Shown here in pieces: positions 50,665-62,830 of a DNA stretch of 64,000 nt. Position numbers and translations under genes: made by a program. The number at the start of each line of letters is the position of its first letter. The stretch's first letter is position 1. Origin of the DNA: Okamejei kenojei (lineage: Eukaryota); assembly GCA_035221665.1 (NCBI GenBank), contig CM069132.1, forward strand, positions 7,998,001 to 8,062,000. The letters are read 5' to 3'. The notes beneath the pieces were generated by a model. The model had not been told where the DNA came from and did no database searches. It was given only the letters and a program-made list of their open reading frames with translations.

Positions 50665-51140
50665 ATGATATGGCCACCAGGGGCCCTTGCCTGGGATCGC
50701 TCCCACCGCGGCCTGCGGACTTACCATCCAGGGCTCGCAGTCTCGGGAGAGGCCGAGTCGGGAGCTCCGATGCCGCAGAAGGTTCGACCAGCCCGGACGC
50801 GAGGTTCGATCGCCCAGCGCAGGGAGCTGACATCCCCCCGGTGCGGGAGCCGAACGCCTCAACACGGAGGGCCCGAACGCCGCCGGCTATGGGAGTCAAG
50901 ATCGTCCCGTCAACGGAGGGCTCGAGGCCCCCGACCGAGGAAGAACAAAAGGAAGGACTTGAACTTTATTTCGCCTTCCATCACAGTGAGCAATGTGTAG
51001 GTGTCACTGTGGTGGATGTTCATGTTAAAATGTGTTTATGAGTTTAATTTGCTTTTAATTGTATGACTGACCTGGCCAGTGAAATTCCTCGTATGTTGCA
51101 AAACATACTTGGCAAATAAAATCTGATTCTGATTCTGATT
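50665..51140 (+). mobile_element. GC-rich non-autonomous retroelement with (gattct)n tail
   Basis: Homolog of 10891-11480. Confidence 0.6.
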
Positions 51141-51676
51141 AATTAAACATTTGTGTTTGGGAAGAAGGAACAGCGTGGATTCCAGGTAGGGAATCCCCTG
51201 CTGCTTTCACGTAAATACAACACACTCATAACGCTCTTGAAATCCCCAGATTGTTATCATTGCATCAGATTCAAGTAAAAGTAAAAGCATAATAAGGTCA
51301 GTTATGGGTTTCAACATGACTTGAGTTATGGCACTGAGCATGTGGGTGGCGGATGAGAAACCGTGCTCTGGAAAATGCCCCCTGCTTCTGTGGTGAACAC
51401 TCAATACATAATATACAACAGTACAGCACTTCAGCCCACAATGTGGGCGCAGAACAAGATACCAAGTTTATTATCCCATCCCCCCCCCCCCCAGCACAAT
51501 CAGTCTGAATGAGGATCGCCAGCCAAAACTACGCCTATCTACTTCCACCACAGATGCTGCCCGTCCCACAGAGTAACTCCAGCATTTTGTGATTTACTCA
51601 AGATTCCAGCATCTGAAACTCATTGTATCCCCATGACGATGTTAATATCTGTTTGCATGTTAACCAAATCCCAACA

Positions 51677-52110
51677 TCAAGTCAAGTCAAGAGAGTTTAT
51701 TGTCATGTGTCCCAGATAGGACAATTAAATTCTTGCTTGCTGCAGCACAACATAGTATTGTGAGCATAAATACAGAATAGTTCAGTGTGTCTATATAGCA
51801 TGGACCATATATATACACATAAATAAATAGATAAAGTGCAATAGGCTGTTATAGTTCAGAGTCTGTTTGATGGCGAGTTTAATAACCTGATGGCTGTGGG
51901 GAAGAAACTGTTCATGAACCTGATGTACCAGATTTCAGGCTCCTGTGCCTTCTACCTGATGGCAGCAGATAGATGAGTGTGTGGCCAGGATGGTGTGGGT
52001 CCTTGATGATGCTGGCCGCCTTTTTAAGGCAGCGACTGCGATAGAGTCCTTCGATGGTGGGGAGGTCAGAGCCGATGATGGACTGGGCAGTGGTCACAAC
52101 TTTCTCCATT
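51677..52110 (-). mobile_element. Rex1/Babar-type LINE 3' end
   Basis: AQSIIGSDLPTIEGLYRSRCLKKAASIIKDPHHPGH; (gactt)n tail. Confidence 0.75.
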
Positions 52111-52239
52111 CTTTATTAAAATCTGATAATGTGCACTTTAACCACATGTGATTTTATCTATTACAAATCTCAAATTGTGGATTACAGAGGCAAATAAATA
52201 AATGATGGGTCTTTGTCCCAAACATTATGGAGGGCACTG
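52111..52239. mobile_element. Isolated Tc1 right TIR fragment (family of 33619-35469)
   Basis: gggtctttgtcccaaacattatggagggcactg|ta. Confidence 0.85.
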
Positions 52240-54744
52240 TACGTGCGATATTATTTATGCCCTCCTGTGTGAAGACAGAATTGTTTTGATTTATGATTTC
52301 CATTGTCCCTGGCTGTAGGGGGCTGATATTAGTCCTTATTCCCCACCTTCACAACTCTTACTGTTTGAAATAGTTCATCTGTCTTCTGGCAAACTGATAG
52401 TCGAGATCCACGAACTGATCCTGAAACTGCAAACCACTCAAATTACCTCAAGTATCTCTCAGACTCCTAACCACCTCCAATGCACCAATATGTCCTTTAT
52501 TTGACCAGGACCTCAAGCTCATGTTCAGCCAAGGGCCAGTAGTCCCACTCCTGTGTGTGCTTCCAATTCATTGATGACCCATCGGAGGCTCCTCAGAGCA
52601 CTTATGAAAAACCACCAAAGTCACCTCCAAACTCACTTACAGTATTATCCTAACAAAGTTGTAGAACACAGAATGTTTAATGCCTGTTAACATAGTGTTT
52701 CAATGCCTGTGTATGACATTTGATTACTCTGGCCCTTTATTAAAAATCTAGCTTACAGCTCAATGTTTGGAGGGAAATGAACAGACAATATTTTGAGTTG
52801 ACACAAAAAGCTGGAGTAACTCAACGGGACTGGCAGCATCTCTGGAGAGAAGGAATGGGTGACGTTTCTGGTCAAGACCCATTCCTTCCCTCCAGAGATG
52901 CTGCCTGTCCCGCTGAGTTACTCCAGCTTTTTGTGTCTATCTTTGGTTTAAACCACATCTGCAGTTCCTTCCTAGACAATATTCTGGACCGGGTGGGACC
53001 CTTCTTCAGGGTGCTGATCATAAGTTACGCCTGTCCATTTACCTCCACAGAAGATGCCTGACCCATTTTTTTTTTAATTTGGAAACCACCATTGATTAGC
53101 GCAGTATCCAAATGACAAAAGATAATTCAAAACATAGTATAAACATAAAATTAGGAAAAAAATTACAAGTAATCAGACTGTTAGTTTTGATCTCTGGTTC
53201 CATGATGAAATGCAGTGCAGAGAGCATTGTCTACATTTCACCTGGCCATCAAACCACTCTGTAACTTTCATTGACATGGACCATGACAACTGATTAGCAA
53301 GTGCTCCATTATTTACAAATGTCATTGAGAACATTTGATGCAATCTGAACAAACATGATTGCAACACTGCCCTGTCATTTGCCCCAGAAAGTAATCACGA
53401 TGTTTTGTCATGAAAACTTAAAAAGGTTGGGACGGTACATGTGTTCTTTTCTCCTCCTGTTCACGCTATCTGCTTTATTCCTGTGAGAAAATGACTCAAA
53501 ATTAAAATTACAAATTAATGGAAGAAAAAAACTAATGCTTAGAACAAATTTCAACTATGAATTCTGATACGGATTCTATTAGGGTCTCAGAGTATGTCTA
53601 TGGTTGCACTGTGTCAGTAAAAGCAATTCTTTTTAAAAAAAAGAAGAAATTGGCAGGTCAACAAGAAAATACATATGTTGGTTCAATGATTATTCTTCTC
53701 AGGGTAAAAATATTTTGACAGGAGAAAACTTCTATTTGCCAACACATTTTACTTTATTGCTTTAATTGCTTTCAATATTTCTTCTCCAGTTTTATGCACT
53801 TGTCACAAATAATTTCTGGGAAAATGTAAGAAATATTTCCAAAAATAAGAAACTTTGTACCAGGCATCACACTGGAAGGAAGCAAAGCATGTCTATATAC
53901 CATGCCATTAAAAATGTATGTCTACACACATTTCCTGTCATGTGGCTATCATACTGATGATTGCTGCTGTTTTATTTGATGCCAACAAGAACCAAGAGGT
54001 GCAGAGAGTACAAAAGAAATCAGGCAAAGTGCCAATAAAATTAACAGAGAGACAACTAATTAATTATAGAAGCAGCAAATTGGAGAGATGGAAAATAGGC
54101 AACGTTTCGGGCCGAAACTCCTCTTCAGACTATTTCCTTTGCTCCATAGATGCTGCTGCACCCGCTGAGTTTCTCCAGCATTTTTGTCTACTATAGAAAC
54201 AGCAATCCTGATTAACTAGCTGACGAAAGACAAAGCACGCTAGATTGTTGAAAACATTGTTTGAAGAAAAATATTTTAAATGCCTCTGGATTCTCTCAGC
54301 GAATGGAATAGTTTCAATGAGATCTCTAACACAAAGACAACAGAAATAAAAATACTATTTCACTTCGACAATTGAGTGTGCAATGTGGCACTTTATAAGT
54401 TTGAGTGCAAAAATGTTTGTCTTCAGCCTTCATCGGTATCTGCATTTGCGATACAAAAAAGCCAAGGGATGAATTCCAAAAGCTACAGTAAAGTAAAACA
54501 AATTATGGATAAAACAAAAGTATGTGTGGGAACGTGCAAGAAATTGAAAGAAAAACAGCCCTTGCTTTTATTTTTGAATTCCAAAACAATCCCACCCCTC
54601 TCAGTATCAAAGTCAAAGTCTGTAATATTGTTTAATTCAATACTTTGATATGGAATCGATTACAAAGACATTGTTAGTTATTTAAGCCCGAACACAAAAT
54701 CAAAACTTTCTTTAAACTCAGACAAAATGTTAACCATGTAGAGT

Positions 54745-55430
54745 TTCATTTGTTTAAATGTGAGGTGTTACATTTTGGGCAAGTCAAACCAGGCAAGTAC
54801 TTTCACAATGAACATTAGGAGCCTGGGGAGTGTGGTAGACCAAAGCGATCGAAGAGCATAAGTATATAGTTCCCTGAAAGTGGCATCGCAGGTAGATAGG
54901 GGGTGAAGGCAGCTTTGGGGTACGTTGGCCTTCATCAGTCAGGGGACTGAATATATAAGTTTGAACATTATATTACAATTGTATAAGGTGATAGTGAGGC
55001 CAACTTGTAGTTTTGTGGGTACACAAAAGGCTGGAGAAACTCAGCGGGTGCAGCAGCATCTAAGGAGCGAAGGAGATAGGCGACGTTTCGGTTTGTGCTC
55101 AGTTTTGGCCACTCAGCTACAGGAAAGATGCCTTTAAGCTGGAAAGAGTGCAGAGAAGAATTGCGGGAATGTTGCCACCCCAAGCTATATGGAGAGGATG
55201 GACAGACTAGGATTTTATTCCTCGGAGCACAGGAGGCTGAGGTGTGCTCGTATAGAGGTGTATAAAATCATGAGGGGAATAGATATGGTGAATGCAGTGC
55301 AGGGGAATCAAGAACAAGAGGGTGTAGGTTTAAGCTGAGAGGGGAAAGATGGAGTGGCAACATTTTTACGCAGGGTGGCGAGTATAATTGTAAAAGCTGC
55401 GTGATGAAGTAGCTGAGGCGGGTAAATTAG
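54745..55430 (+). mobile_element. Decayed CR1 fragment with a Penelope pLTR insert near 55018-55091
   Basis: LAFISQGTEY, gctggaaagagtgcagagaag, aggaggctgaggtgtg motifs. Confidence 0.65.
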
Positions 55431-55738
55431 TAACTCTGGTTTGACGGGCCAAACTACAGCAACTCGCATTTATCCTAAATAAATCCCATTAACCATTCCT
55501 CAGTCCACTTATCTGCCAGATCAAGATCACACTGTAATTCTCGAGAACCTTTTTCACCATCGACTGTACCACCTATTCTGGGTGTCGTCTGCAAACCTAT
55601 TAACTTTGCCTTGTACATTCCCATACAAATTATTGAAATAAATAACAAACAACAACTGCCCCAGCACTGATCCCCGAGGCACACGCTAGCCATGGGTGAG
55701 GTACTGGTGTGCCTCAGTCTGAAAAATAAACAGCCTAA

Positions 55739-56068
55739 AAACCCTGTCCCACTGTACGAGTTCATTCAAGAGTGCTCCCCGAGTTTGCCCCGATTCGAAT
55801 ACGGAGAATTACGGTAATGGCCACTCGTCGGTACTCGGGGCTCTCGTGGACATTTTTCAACATGTTGAAAAATCATCACGAGTCTTCCCGAGCTTACCTG
55901 CCGTTAGCGAGTCTTCCCGAGTACCTGCCGTTAGCGTTACGAGCCGCTAAGAGACATCCCCGAGCTCCAACGTACCCGCTACGTTCATTCTATGTGCTTA
56001 CCACGAGTTTGATTTTTTGTTAAACTCGGGAGAGCACTTGAATGAACTCGTACCGTGGGACAGGGCCA
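55739..56068. mobile_element. PIF/Harbinger-like MITE
   Basis: TIR ccctgtcccactgtacgagttcattcaag / cttgaatgaactcgtaccgtgggacaggg; taa and tta flanks. Confidence 0.78.
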
Positions 56069-56489
56069 TTACACCATTATCCTCTGTTTCCCATCACCAT
56101 ACCATTTATGTATTCAATTTCAGGTAGACAAAAAGGTTGGAGAAACTCAGCAGGTGCAGCAGCATCTATGGAGCGAAGGAAATAGGCAACGTTTTGGGCC
56201 AAAACCCTTCTTCAGACTGATGGAGGGTGGGGGGGGATGGTGGGGGCGGGGAGAAGAAAGGAAAAAGGAGGAATCTCCCCTTAGATCCAATTTCCTAACC
56301 ATCCAAACCTCAACTTGCTATGAATCACTACCCCTATTCTTTGCAAGGTCAGAAGATATCATCCAAACCTGGTTGAAATAGTTAATATATTGATTATATG
56401 TCAAATATTCAAGCACTTCCATTTAAAAGCAGTTGTCCAGCCAAGGACAAGGATGGTTGGAACACATCCCTGGGTTCAGCCCTCACCTG

Positions 56490-56622
56490 TGGTGGAAGAT
56501 TGCAACCTTCACGTGGTCCGCCCTGTTTCGACTAATGCAATGAACTCGACGTGCACAAATGGAAGATCAAATAGAACAAGTTGTCCAACAACTTTAGGCT
56601 GTGCACGCCACACAAAAGAAGA
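56490..56622 (+). mobile_element. Short retroposed 3' fragment with (aag)n tail and 12-bp TSD (Vingi/RTE-like, clade uncertain)
   Basis: agccctcacctg at 56478-56489 and 56623-56634. Confidence 0.6.
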
Positions 56623-57745
56623 AGCCCTCACCTGCAACAATCCCAAATTACAAGTTTTCTCCGAAATTCCCCGCTTCTCCCTCAATGCTGAATAATTTAT
56701 TCTTTGGTCAATAACGTGTGTACTCCTTCCCATCTCACAAACACCTTTGGATTTTTTTCCTCCCCTATGCTCCCAGATGCAAGGGTCACAAAAGAACAAT
56801 CTTAAAGTGATGGAGTAATTCAGCGGGACTGGCAGCATCTCTGGTTGAGACCCTAGTTCAGTCCCACTTTCAGACTCTTCAGACTTGAGTCTGATCCACC
56901 GTTTTTTCGCAACTTGTCGCTCCACTGCTTTTTCCGCAACTTACAGCATCTGCAGTTCCTTCCTACACAACCTTAAAGTGATCACAGTCTATATTTCTGT
57001 TTATTTCCCATGGATAGAAGTAAGTGGGCTGTGGAAGCACACCATCTCTCCACAGACGCAGACTATCAAGCAACACCTCTGCCTACCAATGAAGCCAGAG
57101 CACGCCCATTTTTGCTCAGTTCAGCCTTATCCCAAGTACGTCTTTTCACAGAGATGAAATAAAATCTGTCCGGCCCCGAGACATGATTTGGCGGTGCTGC
57201 AGTACCCAATGAATCGTGCCAAATTTCACTTCAAATACAAGATAGACACAAAAAGCTGGAATAACTCAGCGGGTCGGACAGCATCTCTGGAGAAAAGGAT
57301 TAGGCGGCGTTTCGGGGTCCGAAGAAGGATGTCGACCCAAAAGGTCACCTATTCCTTCCCTCCAGAGATGCTGCCTGTACCGCCGAGTTACTCCAGCTTT
57401 TTGTGCCTATCTTCTGTGTAAACCAGTTCCGCAATTTCTTCCTTCACTTCAAATACAGTTGTTTCTCTGGAGCATTGTTACATCTCAAAATTATGCTATA
57501 GTGCTCCTTAATCTCATAGTTATTCACAAATGGAACAAAACCTCCCATCTCAACCCCCGCATGAAGTGCTCACAGACACAAAATGTTTTAGTGTTTATTA
57601 CCTCCTCGTAGGCCCGGTAGGCTCCTCGTAGGCATGAACAACAACAGATCTCACATTGAAAGACAAAACCCTAGTACAATATGCTAACTTTCTAGAGTAA
57701 TCCTTGGTTAAAACTTGTATCTCACACTTGGCTGAAGTGGATAAT

Positions 57746-58004
57746 AGTAAGATTAAATGAGAACTTACCAGTTCGAAGTTTGATCTGTATTTTATGAGGA
57801 GTTACGATGAGGGATTACGTGCCCTCCGCTCCCACCCTCTATTATACAGATCAACTGGTAATTAAGTTCTTATTTTTTCTTTACTATATTTATTTCAATT
57901 GTTGTGTTTTTTCTGTGAATCCACACCGCTGCTTTGAAGAAATGTCGCGCATGCGTGCTGGACGGGGTCTTCACGTAGTCACTCACGTGACTCCGAAGTA
58001 AAAT
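57746..58004 (-). mobile_element. Miniature DIRS-like element (259 bp)
   Basis: Boundaries defined by the empty paralogous site at 59095-59115; offset inverted repeats; AAT at both junctions; terminus shared with 1-293. Confidence 0.6.
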
Positions 58005-58739
58005 TTAGCATCGTGGCATTGGCAATAAGTCTATCCTCACTGCATATTACCTCCATTAACATTATAAATCCTATATTTGTATATGGTTTCTGTCAACATT
58101 TGTTTTTAAACATTGGAAAATATTTAATTTTGTTTTAATTGGCTGAGGGTTTTGTACTTCCCACAGGAGATTATGCATGAAACACTGAGGCACCTTCAAC
58201 ATTATTGTAGGATGACTGAGACAGACAGTCTTTTTCTGCAGATAGACACAAAATGCTGGAGTTACTCAGGGACAGGCAGCATCTCTGGAGAGGAATGGGT
58301 GGCGTTTCGGGTCACAACCCTTCTTCAGGCTGATCTTTTTTTTTTTGCACGTCTTCTTGCATATTAGTAACTTAAATGATTATGTGCAGATTAATACCAG
58401 AAACTGCTGGTGTCACCTTGCCATCCAAGTGGAAATACTGAAGGTCCATTATTAGCGCAATGATGGAATGATATTGGTAGTTCCATTCGGCACATGGGCA
58501 AATTAATAATGGAATTAGAGTGTGGGATTTCAAGCCAAGTACTGAAATACATCTGCACATTGTGGTCCAAACTAACCACAGGCCACTACGCTTATTAGCT
58601 ATACTTCATATTGCCCCAATATTTAACACTGTGGGGAAAATCACCTTGTAGATAAATAGTGAATCTTACTCACATCCTGCACAACTATACAATATTCCTA
58701 ACTGCACATTGTTAATAACAATTCCATCATGAAATTACC

Positions 58740-58978
58740 TAGATACATAGACAAAAGGTGCAGGAGTAGGCCATTCGGCCCTTCGAGCCAGCACGCCATT
58801 CAATATGATCATGGCTGATCATCCACAATCAGTACCCCGTTCCTGCCTCCCATATCCCTTGATTCTGCTAGCCCTAAGAGCTCTATCTAACTCTCTCTTG
58901 AATGCATCCAGTGGGTCGGCCTCCACTGCCTTCTGAGGGAGAGAATTCCACAAATTCACAACTCTCTGGGTGAACACA
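58740..58978 (-). mobile_element. CR1 3' end
   Basis: FTQRVVNLWNSLPQKAVEA..LDAFKRELD. Confidence 0.8.
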
Positions 58979-59706
58979 TTGTTCAATTTAGCATGAACAA
59001 CAACAGATCTCACATTGAAAGATAAAACCCCAGTACAATATGCTAACCTTCTGGAGTAATCGCTTGGTTAAAACTTGTATCTCACACTTGCCTGAAGTGG
59101 ATAATTTTGCATCGTGGCGTTGGCAATAAGTCTATCCTCACTGCATAAATCTTCTGCAGGCTTTCCACACAGTGGCATTGTTCCAGTCTCCTTACAATGA
59201 TGCCGTGCAATGCTTAATTCATTCAAAATATTGCAATCCAATTCCTTATTTAGTTTAATTTAGTTTAGTTTAGAGACACAGAGCGGAACCAGGCCCTTTG
59301 ACCCACCGAGTCCGCACCGACCAGCGATTAACACTATCCTACACACACTGGGGACAATTTACAATTATACCAAGCCAATTAACCTACAAACCTGTACGTC
59401 TTTGGAGTGGCGTTTAACCCAAGGCTGAGAGGGGGGGGTTAGAGGAGTGGGAATTCACAGGTCGGGGAGCCTTGGTCTGTAATAACCAAAATCCACTACA
59501 TAGAGGTCCGTTGTTGCGAAGCTTTACTGTAGTGCAAATAGGGAGAAACTTTTTCCCCAAAGAATGTGTCTATAACCAGGACAAGGTTTAAAGTAAGAAT
59601 AGAGATTAAGAACAGATTCGAGGAAGAAGCTTCTACCCAGAGGGTGGAAAGCTGAAACCTGGAATCTGTCGGAGATGGTGAAGGAAACAGGTACTCTCAA
59701 CACTCA

Positions 59707-59990
59707 GGACGGCACGGTGGCGCAGCGGTAGAGTTGCTGTCTTACAGCGCCAGAGAACCGGATTCGATCCCGACTACGGGTGCTGTCTGCACGGAGTTTG
59801 TACGTTCTCCCCGTGACCGCGTGGGTCTTCTCCGAGATCTTCGGTTTCCACCCACACTCCAAAGAACTCCAGGTTTGTAGGTTAATTGGCTTGGTATAAA
59901 TGTAAATCATCCCTAGTGTGTGTAGAATAGTGTTAATGTGCGGGGATCACTGGTCGGCGCGGACTCGGACCTGCATCTCTAAACTAAAAA
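59707..59990 (+). mobile_element. HE1/V-type SINE
   Basis: A/B boxes and V core; a partial minus-strand copy lies at 59250-59410. Confidence 0.85.
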
Positions 59991-60349
59991 CAAATCTCTA
60001 ACATTCCACTACCAAATATTTTTCCACTACTTTGAAAGTGCACAGTACTTAGCAAGAAGTCAGCACAGCAGCTGTGCTGAAAGCTACAAGATGCTCCTTT
60101 TGATCCTTTGCCAGGTGAGTGCATCCACATTTATTCTCTGCTGTCAATAACGGTTGTACTACCTCAATGGATAACCATGTCCCCCAAAAGAACGTTTGCA
60201 ATTCCTTGTACCTTCTATCTATCTAAATCAATAATGCAGTGACAGAGAAAACTACTGTGAGCATTAAATGTGTGCTGGATGTTCTGCATTAAATGGGTAC
60301 TGTTAGCCACTGTTGAGAATTAATAAAAAAATATATATAATTTCCTCTT

Positions 60350-62250
60350 GAGAAAGGAAGCATATACCAGATAAAGGCAGTTGGGATCAAGAGAGTCCCT
60401 TGAAGAGTTTGAGGAATGCAGGAGTACACGCAAGGAGGAAATTAGGGACCTATGAGATATCCCTGGAAGATAAGATTAAAGGAGAATTCAAAACGATTAC
60501 ATGAATATATTAAGAGTAAAATAGTAGCAAGGGAAAGAGGAAGTCTATGTGGTAACGTGGTAATCTATGCGCCAAGTCACAGGAAATGGGCAAGGTTTTC
60601 AATGAATACTTCATATCTCTCTATTTACTGTGGAGAAGGACATGGAAGCTAGTGATATCAGGAGAGGAAACAGAGATATCCTGCAGCACATTAACAATAT
60701 GCAGGTGGTAGTGTTGGAGGTCCATTAACAGAAAGGTGGATAAATGACCAGATGCATCCCAAGACGTTTTGAAAAGCAAGGGAGGGGATTACTGGGGCCC
60801 TAGAAGATATTTTTGTACCTTTGTTACACACATATGAGGTACCGAATGAGGATAGCTAATGTTGTGCTTTTATACCAGGGCAAGACAACCCAGGGAACTG
60901 CAGGCTGGTGAAGTTTACTGGAGGGGAGGTTAATGGAAGGGATGGATTTATTTGCCTTTGGAAAGGCAAGTGCTTATGAGGTGGCTTTGTGTATTGGATA
61001 TTATGTTTCACAAATGTAACATTTTTGAAGGAATGATCAAGGGGATTGACGAGGGCAAAGCTGTAGACATTGTCTACACATGGACTTTAGCAAGGCCTTT
61101 GACAAGGTCCCACATAATATGCTAGTCCAGAATGTTTGAACACACGAGATCCAGTGTGAGCTGGCCGAATGATACAAAATCAGCTTGGTAGTCACTTGGT
61201 CTACACTGGGAGCAGCAGTGTAGCTGTGGAGGACTGTTTTGCAGATTGGCGGCCAGTGACCGATGGTGTGTTTTAGAAATCAGTGCTGGTCTTCTGCTTT
61301 TGTCATATTCTTCCGTTCCAACGTCGAGTTTCCATCTTCCCGGCGAGAGGGCCTGAACATCAGCGGCGAATGCGGTGGCCCCGACCAAGAGGAAGGAAGA
61401 TGACTGAACTTTATTGCCTTCCCTCATAGTAGGGAAACGTTGATTCCGCTGTGTGGGGATGTTTATGTTAAATTCTATTGTGTGTTGTGCTCTTTTTATT
61501 CGTATGTCTGTATGGCAACCCAAATTTCACTGTACCGATTGGTGCAGTGACAATAAATGCAAACTTGAACTTGATATATGAACAATTTTGTTGAGAATAT
61601 ATGGTAGGTGGCAATGAAAAGTCAGTTTTCTGGTGACAGTGGAAGTGATGGTACAGTGGACAGTGAGGAAGGTTGGCTAAAGTTACAACAGGATCTCGAT
61701 CTAATGGGAAACGGACAAATGGAATTCAACTTTGACAAGTGTGCAGTGTGGCATTTGGAGAAGTTAAACCAAACATACACAGGGAATGACGGGGCCCAGG
61801 AGAGTGTTGTCGGACAGATTGGTATTGTTGAACAATGGGTATAAGTACAGAGTTCCCAAAAGCAACAACACTGATAGACAGGGTCATGAGGACAGCATAT
61901 GGTGTGATTACCTTCATCAGCTGAGACATTTAATACTAGATTAGCATGTCATGTTACAGTTGCACAAAATACTTATTTGACCACCTTTTGAGTGTTGTGT
62001 GCAGATCCAGTGGCCACACTATAGGTCTGATGTGATTAAGTTGGAGAGGGTGCAAAGAAGATTCACAAGGATGTTGCCTGGAGGGCTGGAGTTATAAGGA
62101 GAGGAGAGATTGGATAGGTTGAGTTCATTTTCCCTGGAGCAAAAGATGCTGAAAGGTGACATGCTAGAGGTATATAACATTATGACATTTACATAAGTTG
62201 GACAGCCAGAGTCTTGCCCATGATAGGAATGTCTAAAACTAGAGGTGGCA
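60350..62250 (+). mobile_element. Old, heavily decayed CR1 ORF2 with a GC-rich retroelement insert at 61310-61572
   Basis: IKENSKR..YIKSK, atggactttagcaaggcctttgacaaggtccc (DFSKAFDKV), LERVQRRFTRMLPG. Confidence 0.75.
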
Positions 62251-62254
62251 TAGG

Positions 62255-62562
62255 TTCCATTGCCCGATAACAGCTGGGAATAAACTGTCCCTGAATCTGG
62301 AGGTGTGCGTTTTCACACTTCTATACCTTTTGCCCAATGGGAGAGGGGAGAAGAGGGAATGGCCAGGGTGCGACTCGTCCTTGATTATGCTGCTGGCTTT
62401 GCCGAGGCAGCGTGAGGTATAAATTGAGTCAATGGAAGGGAGGTTAGTTTGTGCAATGGTCTGGGCTGCGTCCACAATTTACTGCAATTTCTTGCGTTCT
62501 CAGTTGGAGCTGTTCCCAAACCATGCCGCGATGCATCCCGATAAAATGCTTTCTACGGCGCT
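62255..62562 (-). mobile_element. Rex1/Babar-type LINE 3' fragment
   Basis: DAAQTIAQTNLPSIDSIYTSRCLGKASSIIKDESHPGHSLF. Confidence 0.75.
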
Positions 62563-62795
62563 TCTGAGTTCCTCCGGCATTTTTGTCGACCTTCGATTTT
62601 TCCAGCATCTGCAGTTCTTTCTTAAGCCTGTAGACCAGAGTGTGGTCCACGTGTTGGAAGTACTGGAGCACCCATGATCCAGGTAAGCCCCAGGCTATGT
62701 TTAAGAAGGAACTGCAGATACTGGAAAATCGAAGGTACACAAAAATGCTGGAGAAATTCAGCGGGTGCAGCAGCATTTATGGAGCGAAGGAAATA

Positions 62796-62830
62796 GGCAA
62801 CGTTTCGGGCCAAAACCCTTCTTCAGACTG
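62796..62830 (-). ncRNA. Minimal hammerhead ribozyme core (second pLTR subfamily)
   Basis: Minus strand CTGAAGA-A-GGGTTttGGCCC-GAAAC-GTT. Confidence 0.5.
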
